A stretch of 64,000 nucleotides of DNA from Camelus dromedarius (Eukaryota): the NCBI RefSeq assembly GCF_036321535.1, contig NC_087438.1, positions 4,714,001 to 4,778,000 of the forward strand, in the 5' to 3' direction. Within the stretch, counting starts at the first letter, position 1. Each line of letters opens with the position of its first letter. The notes beneath the pieces were generated by a model. The model had not been told where the DNA came from and ran no database searches. It saw nothing but the letters and a program-made list of their open reading frames with translations. Position numbers and translations under genes: made by a program. This document shows positions 1 through 11,380 of the stretch, piece after piece.

Positions 1-1149
1 CCAAACTCATTTTACAAAGAAATGCTTTAACTTTCTCATTAATGTTAATAGACTTTAGATGGCAAAGCCATTGATGGTGTATAGAATTGCCAGTTTCTAA
101 GCATAGACTTAGAGATTTTAACCTTATTTAAAATGTTAGGTGTTTTTCTTTACTTTGGATTCATGATTATTTTACTAGCCCCCACAGATGATTCTGTTTC
201 CATGGTCCAACACTTGAGCCTTCAGAATGCCTGCGGGATTTTCTGAAGTGTACTGAGTGAACTTCTGGTGCTCATTTTGATCGTCAAGGCGAATGAAAGA
301 CGTTTGTTTTAACAAACAACATACACTGGCTTCCTTTTACGTTTGCCAAGATTCTCAAGAATCCAACGTCATTTTGAGGCATCCTACCTCATAGGTAGTA
401 TTTCCCATGTGTGCTCTTCCAACTTTTAAGAAATGTCTGTAGTTCAAGCCAATGTAAAGGAGTTCACGGGAAGAATTTGAGCCCCTGCCAGAGTGCACGA
501 GACACAGCTACCCAAGTGCCCTACGGACTCCCAGCTTACTCATCTCCTGAGGGTCGCAGCTTCCCTGCGGGGCTCCTGGGAGCAGATAGCAAGTGGAGAG
601 GCTCTGCAAAGGATGCCAGTCTCTTGAGTGTGTTCATTTAACTGTGAAACTTGCCAAGGGGCACTGTGCTGTAAGGAAGGGTGCTCCCCATCCAGCTGGC
701 TCCCATGGGCTAGCCCAGAGTCTGACAGGACTTACTGAATTGAATTGATTCAAGCTTCTTATTAAAAGGAAGCAGGACAAAATGCTTTGGTATCTATTAA
801 ATTAACTTCCTTTCTTCAATTCTTTGAGCAACACTTACTTCTACATATCACTCCAGATTCTCCAACAATTGTTTCAAAAAAAAGGGTCCCTAATGAGATC
901 TCATAATCTTTGGTACCATCCCTTTACTGTGCCAAAGAGGGAGTATTTCCCTGTACTCTTTCCAAACCTGTTTCTTTAGGGTCTCAGCCTTTCAATGGAA
1001 ATGAGCCCTTTCACTTGAAATTTCCTACCTTAAAGTAAAGTTCTGTCCTAACCAGGTGAATTCACTGCACTCTTCTAGAAGTTTCTTTGCTCATTGACAC
1101 TCAGATGTGAGAATTAGAAGAAAACTCTCAAGTATGTTTTAAAATTACA

Positions 1150-2625
1150 TCATTTACTGAGGCATGATATTCACACAGTAAATTCGCCCTCTTTAATGTG
1201 CAGTTCCATCAGCTTTTACAGACGCAGTCATGGCATCACCACGGCACGTTATTCACCAGCTGAAGGTCGCTTGGGTCCTTTCCAGTTTGGGTGATTATGA
1301 ATTAAGCCACTACAAGCGTTCACATGCAGGTTTTGTTGTAAACTTCAGCTCTCATTTCCTTTCGGTAAATGCCTTGACATAGGATTGTTCGGTTACATAG
1401 TAAGCGCAACTTCAACTTTACAAGAAATTGCCAAACCGTCTTCCAAAGTGGTTGTAACTCTCTGCGTTGCCTACCAGGCGTGCATGAGTGTTCCAGTTGC
1501 TCCAAGTCCCTGCGCGCACTTGGTGTTATTACTTAAACATTTTTGTTGTTTAAATTTTAGTTCTTCTAATTAGAGAATAATGATATCTAATTGTGGTTCT
1601 AATTTGCATTTCTCTAATGACTAATTATGTTGAACAGCTTTTCATGTATGTATTTTCCATTCATAGGTCTTCTTGGTAAAGCGTCTGTACCAATCTTTTT
1701 CCCATTTTTAGGGAGCTTGTTTATTTTCTTTACATTGAATTTTGAGAGTTATTTATGTCTTCTGTACGCAAGTTCTTTACCAAGTATGTTCTTTGAAAAT
1801 ATTTTCTTCCAGAAAGGCAGCTTGCTTTGAAAATTTTATTAACAGAGTCCTTCAAGGAAAAGGAATTTTTTATGTTTTATAAAGTCCAATTTATTGATTT
1901 TTTTTCTTTTATTGTTCATGGCTTAGTGTTTAAGAAATCTTTGCCTAAATCTAGCTCATTAATATTTTCTCCTGTGTTTCCCAGTAGAAATTTTGTAGTT
2001 TTGGGTTTAAATTGCAATTTAGTGTTTGTAAACGGTGCAAGGCATGGGTCAGCTGTATTTACTTGTTTGCACCCTGATGGCCAGTTGTTCCAAACTTTGT
2101 TAAGACTATTCCTTCCCTCATTAACGTACCACTGCAGCTTTGTTGGAAATCATTTATTTGATCGTGTATATGTGAGGCACCCATGGACTGTATGTTCTGT
2201 TCAACCGATCTGTGTCTGTCCCGATCAATACATTCTCTTCATTACTGCAGCTTTATAATAAGTCTTGCAATCAGGTCATGGAGGTTCCTTAAACTTGATT
2301 CTTTTTTCTTATTCAAAAAATTTTTGACTATCCTAGTTCGTTTGCCTTTCCAGAGAAATTTTACAATCAACTCATCAATTTCACAAGATTTTCTGCTGGG
2401 ATTTTGATTGGAATTGCATTGCATCTATAGATCATTTTGGAGAGAACTGACAACATTGAACCTTCCAATCAATGAGTATGATGTATCTTTCCATTTATTT
2501 GCCTTTTCTACGATTTTTTTCCCTCAGCATTTTGTGGCTTTCAGCTTAGAAATGTTGCACATCTTCTGTTATATTTAAATCTAAGTATTTTATTTTTGGC
2601 TGCTATGGCAAATGGTAGGCTTTTA
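1150..2625 (-). mobile_element. Old L1 (L1MB/L1MC-like), 3' UTR plus ORF2 3' part, degenerate
   Basis: ORF 2242..2424(-) CEIDELIVKFLWKGKRTRIVKNFLNKK and ORF 1320..1505(-) QPLWKTVWQFLVKLK resemble L1 ORF2. An antisense L1 3' UTR pattern starts near 1150. Confidence 0.85.
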
Positions 2626-3599
2626 GGCTAATCAGCTAATTTTTTTCAATTTCTATTATTATCTTTGTTTCTTGAATTCTTCTCCTTCACTCGAGGTTGA
2701 CTTTTCTGCTTTACTTTTGTGTTTACTTCTCTCTCTCTCTCAACTCAATTAAAATCACATTGTACATAGCATTTCATAAACTTTCCCCTTATATCCTTCA
2801 TTTTAATGCCTGCATTCTTTGAAAGTGTGTGATTATTTCCTTATGCAGAGTATTTAAGTTTTTAAATTATGAGTAAAACCAGTGAACATTTCTGTGCATA
2901 TGACTTGAAAAAAAGAGAATATCTTTGTTTAAAATCGTGTTTCTTATTGAGAAACTTTTGATAGCAAATCAAGTAAAGGAAAAGCTTATCATTAATATAA
3001 CCTGTCATAAAAGTTTAGCAATACTAAGAGTTCAAAAATATTGAACTATGTTACAAGATACGTTGAAATTAGTGAAGCATATTGAAATATAAATGATCTA
3101 TGTGCATACAGTGTTATTATTTCTAAGTCCTCCTGTTGACTATTAGAGTGTCACAATGTTTCTCCTGGATTTTCTCATTTTATGTTTAAACTCTGCATAT
3201 GGGTGCTCTGACCGCCCCTCATGTGGCTGTGCTGCACTCCATTTAACTCTTCTCCTTTTTTGAACATAGTGGTACTTTATCTGTTGCCGTTGCAATCATT
3301 GCTCCAGCAGCATCTTCTTGCATATTTTTTATGCACGAGTGTGAGGATCTCTCGTCAATATGTGTTTTTCCATGCCCAGTAGTTGGAGACTCTCTGCTTC
3401 CTTCGGTTGGGGCTGTCTTGCGAGCAGCACACGGCCGTCTTCCAGCCAGCCGGGTGATGTGCCGTCCTGTGGGCAGTTTCAGTCCCGTCTCACGTGCTGT
3501 GACAGATGCTGTCGCTGTCTCTCTCCACAGCCCCACCTGGGTTCTCCTGAGCGGAGGGATGTCCCCGCAGGCTGCTGCCTTCACCTCTTGTGTCGGTGT

Positions 3600-3930
3600 C
3601 ATCCCTCATGTTGGCTTGAGGGCTTTCTCAGGTACTGTGGGAACTACTCTGCCACAGACAGGCTCGGTGCTGAAACGAGAACCAGAGCCACAGGGGCAGC
3701 AGTAGCCGATGGGGTCAGTGCCTCAGTGCCTCCTTTGCGTGCTGGGTGACCCAGCCGGCTGCGAGTCTCCCACGGCTTCAGAGGCTCTCCATGGGGCAGA
3801 GCCCCAGATGCCCAGAGTCACCTCTGTGGGTTTTCTCACTTCCCTATCTCACATGTGCTTGTGGAATCATCCTTCAAAAAACCACCATGCCCCCTTCTTT
3901 GCTGCAGGGGCTGCTTTGGAAGGGTCCTTG
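3600..3930 (+). mobile_element. Possible ancient ERVL LTR fragment (LTR16/LTR33-like 3' end)
   Basis: ggaatcatccttcaaaaaacc...caggggctgctttggaaggg resembles the recalled LTR16/33 terminus. Highly diverged. Confidence 0.3.
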
Positions 3931-4399
3931 TTCATGACTAGTATGACTAGTATCCCCTTATTTCTTCTGTTTCCCTTGCTTTTTGTATTCTTTGTTTCTA
4001 TCTTTTGCCTAATTTACCTAGTTTTCTTTGGTTCCTGCTTTTCTTCTGGCTTGGGAACTATAGATTGCTGTTTCTATTTCTATTCCTTCAATTCCTTCAT
4101 TTCAATCCCTACATTTCTATTCTTCAGTGTTTTCTTTAAATTTTTAAAATATATCTATAAATATAAACCTTGCCAACAAAGTCTAAATTTACTGTTTGTT
4201 TTCTCCTCCTCAAAAGAAAGCACTTTGGTGTGCTTTAACCCCCCTCCCCACCTCCATAGTTCTGTCTCCCTTCATATCCCTTGTTTTTGTCAATATTTTA
4301 TCATTCTGATTCTTTAAGTGCTCAACAGTCATTTACATTAACGATGTGTTTCATCAGTTCTATGCTCATCATTGTTTCTTGAATACCGTTAGTCTCCCC

Positions 4400-5060
4400 A
4401 GGTTTATTTTTCTGTTCCGTAGTTGTAGACTATTATGTAGAAGTGGTCAAGGGGTTGCAGTAAACGCTCTTATTTTTGTATTCTGAAACTGTCTTTAAGC
4501 TTCCTTTCACTTTAGAGCGATAGCTTCTCACCTGCTGTTCCCTCTCCCTGCATTTTGGGAAGACACGTCATCTGCTGGCATCCATTGTCATCCACTGTCG
4601 TTAACGCATTGACGAAGTATTAGCTTTCAAACTAACTGCTGGTTTCTTTGTAGGTAATCAGTATTTTCAGTCTGGTAACTTTTACGATTTATTGCTTAAT
4701 ATCAATCATATTTTACATGTTCACAATGACGTGTGTAGAGATTTTTCTGATCTTTCTTGTATTTTATCTTCTTTATCTCTGTCTTTTACATGATAGATAA
4801 ATTTCAAAAATATTTTCTAATTCTTTAGTTTTTAAAAATTTGTTGTCTAAGTGTTCATTCTCTTTATTGGGTGTTTTCTAATTCACAAACCATTTTGCTT
4901 TAATTTCCAGAGATTCTTTTTCATAGCCACTACTCTGTTTTTGTTTCAGAATGTCTATTTTCTTCTCATAAATGCTGCTTTCTACTTTAATCTCTGATTA
5001 TTAAAAAAAAAAATCCTTACTTTAAGGCCACTTTTCATATTTTTAAACTATTTCTACTTC
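4400..5060 (-). mobile_element. Ancient L1ME/HAL1-type fragment
   Basis: T-rich tract with motifs typical of antisense L1ME/HAL1 ORF1 regions (ctgaaactgtcttta, ttctttgtaggtaatc). Confidence 0.45.
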
Positions 5061-6497
5061 ATCCAGGGTCGTTTCATTTCACGGCAGCTGATCCTGCTGG
5101 GCGTCACTCTCGGCATTCGTGCTTCTCACTTTTGACTTGTACGCTCATCTTTTTTTCACTCTCTCCCTCTTTCCCTCCCCTCAGCTCCCTCTCCCCTCCC
5201 CTCACCCGCCCTGTCTCGTCACTCCGTGGTAGCGTCCACGTCGTCTCCCTGCGCTCACAGTGCAGGACGAGTGCTGCCCTGCTGCCGCTGCGGGTGTCCT
5301 CGATGCAGTCACGGAGCATCCCTGCTTGCTGAGACTCAGGCTCTCCTTGCTAGGCTGGGTCTTCCTCTCACCTCTTTAGACAAGCAGCTCACATCAGCCC
5401 TAGCAGTTCTGTGCTATTTCTGTTCTCGCTTCATGGGAAGGAGACTTGACCCAAGCCAGCTCCAACTGGGAGCTTGGCTCTCATCCCCAGCTACCTAACG
5501 GACTCAGTCTCCCGGGAGCCCCTCTCTGGCCCCAGGGCTGGAGAACAGCTGGTGAAGATCAGCCGTGATTTCCCCTTTGTGTTCCTCCTCCTTTTCTGGT
5601 GACAAAGACGTTTGTCCTGCTTCTGTGCTGGGTTGTATTCTGATCATCTTGGTTGTGTGTTCTCCATCATTCTTGCATGTTTGGTGATGATGGCGGTGGG
5701 GTGATGGGAGATTTGGTGCACACACTTACCACACCAGCTGGACTGGAAGCTCCTTTTTTTCCTTTTCACAAAGGGTTCAAACGCAACTGAAGCATTGTTC
5801 TAATGGTCACACATTTCAAGTGAGATAAGTAAAAATTACCAAAAGAACACAGCATCAAAGTATAACCCTAAATTCTTGGTTTTAGGATGACATTTTCAAG
5901 ACAGCTGGTTTTCCACAGTCACTAGCAGGCTGAGGGGAAGTCTATAGGGACTAATGCGGGTGCAATATTCTTAGAAATTCATGGGTCTGGCTTATTTGCC
6001 AAGACACCAAATGGCTTCAGGGGAATTTACACTCTGATTAGTGTAAGACTTTAAAAGATAAATCTGTAACGGCTGCAGAGAAGCAGCAAAATTAATGGCT
6101 GGCCATCTGGCCCGGTTTTATTAACCTATTTGTTCCAACTGTGCTCGTTGGCGCCTACAGACGGGGCAGACGAAGATGAGCTAGCTACAAGAAGTGTTTA
6201 GAGGGCTACCGAGATTTCCCTCCCTCCTTTCTTGAAAGAATTTGTGTAAGATGGTAGTGTTGTGGAAGGTGTTTATTCACTTAACAGACATTGGCTGCAG
6301 CCATCACGCACCAGGCACTGCTGCCCACCGAGCAGGAAACACACGGGAAAAGCACAGACTCGAGTCCAAGGGCCCCAGGGAGATTGCTCTTGTTGGGTGC
6401 TGGCCATGCTCCGTGGGCTCCTGTTGTTTGTTTGTTTTCGATTTCTTAACCATGTGTTGGAAACATTGTAAGAGCAAAACAAAAGTGTTTCCTAAGA

Positions 6498-6642
6498 GGG
6501 GGCGGGTATAGCTCAGTGGTAGAGTGTGTGCTTAGCATGCCTGAGGTTGTGGTTCAATCCCCAGTACCTCCAGCAAAAAAATAAATAAATAAACCTAATG
6601 ACCTCCCTCCACCGTCCTGCAAAAAAAAAAAAAAAAAAAAAA
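6498..6642 (+). mobile_element. tRNA-Ala-derived SINE (camelid Vic-1-like)
   Basis: gggtatagctcagtggtagag (A box), ggttcaatcccc (B box), non-tRNA body aaataaataaacctaatgacctccc, and a 22-nt poly(A) at 6621-6642. Confidence 0.85.
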
Positions 6643-6667
6643 TTCCCAGGCCACATATGGGGTTTCC

Positions 6668-6767
6668 TTTTCATTTTTCCCTTCTTTCTTTCCTTCCCTT
6701 CCTCTTCCCTTTTCTTTCCTCATTTCCTTCCTCCCTCCCTCCTTCCCTCCGTTCCTTCCTTCTTTCT
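6668..6767. repeat. Polypyrimidine (CCTT/CCCT) low-complexity tract
   Basis: Nearly pure C/T sequence, seen directly. Confidence 0.8.
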
Positions 6768-8069
6768 GATACAAGATACATTCCTATTTAGGGCTCCTTC
6801 TGTGACGCAATAATTAGGAAAGGGCTGCCAGGCGCAAGGTCCCTCAGTCTAAGGCAGCGGAGGGAAAACATCACGGCACAGTTCAGCGTTTCCCATCCTG
6901 CTCTCTGAGTTATTTGACTGACAAGATGCTCATCAGGAAGAAGTCATCCGCTAGTTCTAGAGACAAGGGGAGAGGGAAGTGAAAGAAGGGGAGGCAAGAA
7001 AGAGAAAAATTGAACTATACCTGCCCCTGTTCTCACATAATTTTAAAATACTCCCCTTCATCAGTTGTCTGAGATCTGATATTTGACCTCAGAGGATGCC
7101 CGCTAACACGTCCACCCCACTTGTAACTTAAATTGCAGGCCTGGCAGCCAGCTGCCGGGGAGCAGGACGCTCGCGGGGAGGTGGTCAGCAAGGTCTGAGG
7201 AGCACTGCGGGCTCCGAGGCGCAGGCGTGGAAAGCCAGGGGAACCTGTAGCTAGATCCCAGCGAGGGCCACGGGCCTGGGTGTCTGTGGGGCTGGGGTTT
7301 TGGGGGGAGCCCTGGGTTTGCATTTGGAAGAGCCAGATTTGAATCTTACCTCTTTCACTTACCAGATGCCTGATGGGGCAAGTCACAACTGATTGGCTTC
7401 TGTTCTTTGCCGACACAGTGGGCACAGCTTTGTACCTCGCAGTGTTGCGTGCAGATCAATCACTTCCTACTCAAGACCTCTGCAGGAAATGGAGACACTC
7501 AGCCATGTGGCTTTGTCCTCACAACAGTGACAACGGTTAACATCCAGGCCATCAGAACTGGGAAACTCACTCCAAAGGGGTTTTCATTTCTTTGGGAAAT
7601 GAGCAACGTGGGGTCTTCCTTTCAGTTGTCCCCTCTGCTTTATTGCTGGGCTCACATTCACGGACATGATTTAGGAGAACTATGGTGGCACTTACAGGCT
7701 TTATCTCCAGGAGACTGTAAGCCAGGCTTGCATTTTTCTCTGGAGTTTTTCAGCTCTGTTTTTTTTTTTTTTTTTCTCTCTCTAACATTTTTCCTGAGAA
7801 GACAGAGCATTGGAAGAAAGGTCAGACAAGGACAGAGAAAAGTCATTAATTCAACAATTCTTTAATTTGGCTTCACTGTTAGGGATGTAATGATGGAAAA
7901 GACTCAGCCTCCCAGGAAGGCAGGGTGGTGGAGAAATGAGGAAACCAGTAAGGAAGCAGGGGGCTAGACATGGGGATGCATGGTGTGAAGGATGTAGTAG
8001 CTGAGTGTCTTCCTTTCCTCCACCATCCTCAATGCTGTACTTTATTTCCAAAGAGATACGAATTTGAGT

Positions 8070-8270
8070 AATAAAAATAGCGACCTCCATCTGTGCCATT
8101 CGTAACGTGTGCCCAGCGCTGAGCATGCATCTACTCCTTTCCAACTCACCGTGATCCTAAAAGGCACACGCATCACTTCCCCCATCAGGAAACTGAAACA
8201 TTCACTAGCCTGCTCAAGGTCATGCAGCTAGTGAGGAACCGAGAAAGAATTCAAACCTGAGCTCGTCCCC
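8070..8270 (-). mobile_element. MIR SINE
   Basis: Core aggaaactgaaac...gcctgctcaaggtcatgcagctagtgag...attcaaacctg. Confidence 0.7.
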
Positions 8271-9422
8271 ACACCTGTGTTCCCTGCAGCGCTGAGCTGC
8301 ACAAAAGTGGGTTTTGGAGGGCCCCTGAGTCAGGGCACAGGGTGCGTGGTGGGTCTTCTGGGATGCTGGGGTCCTGGCCAAGGTAGCTGCGTCTGCACGC
8401 GGGGACCCTGGCGGGCTCTCCTAGAGAGCTCTGACTGAATAAACACCAGACCGCTTCCCTGGTCCCCATGCTGAACGTTCCCTCTGGATATATGCATTAT
8501 ACAGTCTTTTTTGCTGATCACACTGGGCTAAGATTGGTTACAAGGAGCACTCCTACTTCTATGTGATGACCAATCCTGTGTGCTTCTGTGCCCCCTGCTC
8601 TCCTGGACAGTAGCTTTGTCGGGGCAGGCATCACCCACTTCTCCTCTGAGGCACAGAGAGATGGGGGAGGAGTGTTCAGTTGTTATTTTTGGCATGGATC
8701 TGCATATTTATGTACACGCTCTGCACATGTCTGTGTTTACTATGCACGCATCAGCTGCCGGCCTCATATAACCCCTTATTGACTGTAATGAGGCCACACT
8801 TTGTTTTCTCTGTGAATAATTGAGATCCCAAATTATCCAACATCTGCAGAGCTTGAGCTGACAAGATGCTGCCTCCTCCTCCCTTGTCTTTTCCGGAACA
8901 AAAGCCACTTCACCATCGACTCCGTGGGTTCTACTTTCTGAAATGCCAGTAGAAATGCTCTTTCCTAGAGAGTGAATTTCATTCTTTGTGGTTTATTTTT
9001 TCTCAGACTTTTTCATGATTTTGATAAAAGTGATTGAATTCACCCCAACATAACAAGTGCTCACTGGGGTCCTGCTGGGCGCCAGGCCCTAAGGATGGGG
9101 CTCAGAGTTGGTGGGCGCTGGTCTGGGCTCCTCTGGGCGGCAGGTACCCCAGGGTCACCTCTGTGATGGGGCCCCTGCCCCAGGCCCCACGGTCTCATCT
9201 TCAACCACACCAAGGACAAATCCCTAACTTCTCTGGCTTGCGGCTTCGCCCTCTGTAAAGTGAGAGGTTAGGCTATGGCGAACCATCGGCCAAATCCCAG
9301 AATTCTGAGTCTGTTTGTAAACCTTGTATTGAATTATTTGTGAGGTAGATAAAAATCCCCCCTCGTTCCAATAGGGTGATGCTGCTTTTGGATGTGTATT
9401 AAGACCAAACAACTGTTCAGAG

Positions 9423-9565
9423 CACGTGAAGGCGGGGTGGAACTTTGTCGAAAATATGGACGTGACACAACTCAGGAGTAAGCAGCCACGTGTGTGAATG
9501 AGCTCATCAGCCTTCTTTCATAAGTGTTTTAGCTGTTGGTTCCACGTGCTGTAAAGGATACGTCA
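9423..9565. promoter_or_regulatory. Candidate E-box cluster enhancer
   Basis: CACGTG at 9423, 9487 and 9543; GACGTG at 9459; ACGTCA at 9560; GGCGGGG at 9431. Motif evidence only. Confidence 0.3.
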
Positions 9566-10249
9566 GCCATCTCTGCGAGCTGATGGTTAGTGTGTTACGC
9601 CTGTGGATTTATAGAGCATTAGGAGTGGAGCCCCTTCAGGAGCTGACTGTTTTGTCAGAAGGCACAGGCTTTTTCTTGGTACTAAATTTGAGGAAGAATT
9701 CACACTGTATTAAAAAAATAATAAACATTTTATTTAAACATTCAAGTGAATCAGGCTTTGAGAAAACTCAACATATGAAATAAAATAAAATTAAATGGTT
9801 TCAGTAAGTTATGAAAATCAGCATTTCCCCAAGATTTTAAATGGGCTTCTCCTAAAATACTTGAAGTTCATTCTGATTTTTTTAAATCTTTTTTTTTAGT
9901 TCTGATTTGAGATTTTTAAAGGTTTCCCCTCATCTTTATTGAAGTAAAACTGATCAAAATTTTAAAAAAAATTATATATGTCTTATTATGTTAAATGTCA
10001 CAGAAAAGAAATGCATTTTGTGACAAAAGGTAGCCCTTACATTCTAGAAATTTTTGCTAAGTCAAGGTAGTCTTCTGCCTTCTGCATTCCAAATTAGGAA
10101 AGTTGTACAGAGAGCGTCTCCATTCCTTCACGAATCCCATGGGTATGTTATATGAGGCCAGCTCTAATTTATTCAGACCTTTTATTTCCGTGATGTAGTG
10201 AGGATATCACTGGTCTTGGGGTAATTTTCTCAAGCCTCCAAGCATAAAT

Positions 10250-10375
10250 GTGACCTGGAGGAACTCATTCCAGACCCACTGGATCAGAATGTCCTGAGGA
10301 GGACCCAGGAAGGTGAACATACGACAAGAACCCTAGTGATGCTGATCAGCCCCGAATTTCAGAAGCATGCCTTTC
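10250..10375. mobile_element. MER5-like hAT-Charlie fragment
   Basis: ccagacccactggatcagaatgtcctgagg...ctagtgatgctgat pattern. Confidence 0.5.
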
Positions 10376-11019
10376 GGCCACTCTGCATGGACCAAGGTAA
10401 GATGGGAAGCTTACCACCTGGTTCAGTTCTGACTGTAGATGAGTCGTTCTAACTACATGTTGACCCGACGGGAATGATAATGAAATCAGTTAGGACAGTT
10501 GGGAGCAGATGGAATCCAGGGATTTTGAGTGGTTCTTCCCTTCAAATCCTGCCTTGAGAACTTGGAACCCCAGCCTCACAGGGTAGAAGACAAGATACAC
10601 GGCAATGATGCAAATGGAGGCACCGGTGCTGGACACCAACAAAGAACATCGCCCGGCACCATGGAGGAGAACCGCACACGAGGGCTCCGATTCTCTCGAG
10701 AACCTTATCTACCCAAGGAAACTGATGCTGTGGTGATCTAAACAACTTCTGCACAAGCATACACCTGGCGCAGGGAAAAGACCGGATGAGAGCCCTTCTC
10801 AAGCTAATGCCAATTTCCACAATCTCTTGTTGCCTTTGACACTATAATAAAAATGCTCCTCGTAGCACATTACGTTAACAGACAATTTATAATTTGCAGG
10901 GGAATTTCACAAACACAGCCTCATCACATATCCAGCAAGATACCTCTTGTCCGTTCCACAAAGAAGGCATGGCCACTCCACTGCTCACATGTTTATGGAT
11001 GCTGTTATCTTCACCTAGA

Positions 11020-11380
11020 ACCCTCCTGCCTTTATTTGCCCAAATTCTCCTCATCCTCAGGTTTTGCTCAAGTCCCACTTCCTTCACTGTAGCCTTCCTT
11101 ACCCAGCCCTACTTCTGACCTCCGAATCATTACAGCATCCCTGATACGTTATCTGCTGTTTAACACAATTTTACTGTGATCTGTGCTGTGTGTTTTGCTC
11201 TGATTATTTTAATCCATTCTGTCACTCATTCATTTCATCTGACTGTGATCCCTCCAGTGTCCCCAGTGATACTGTGAGCTCTTCAAGGATGGCCCTCACT
11301 TTCATGATGCTTCTGTGTCCTTCACAGCACCTGGAGCAGGGCTGGATGGGCCCTTATTTCTCTCAGCGAGTGGATGACCA
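11020..11380 (+). mobile_element. L2 3' end fragment
   Basis: ctcaagtcccacttccttc...actgtgagctcttcaagga...cacagcacctgg is typical of the L2 3' end. Confidence 0.55.

Noticed and set aside
3709..4317. 202-aa hydrophobic ORF
   Set aside because: It spans decayed repeat and T-rich low-complexity sequence; the Phe/Leu richness is compositional.
6498..6572. Apparent tRNA-Ala gene
   Set aside because: It continues into a SINE body and poly(A), and a second partial copy lies at 38598-38688. It is a tRNA-derived SINE.
10529..10860. 70-aa ORF followed by AATAAA, resembling a last coding exon
   Set aside because: No recognisable homology and only a modest acceptor. ccatggaggagaaccgc resembles old MaLR LTR sequence, so a chance ORF is likely.
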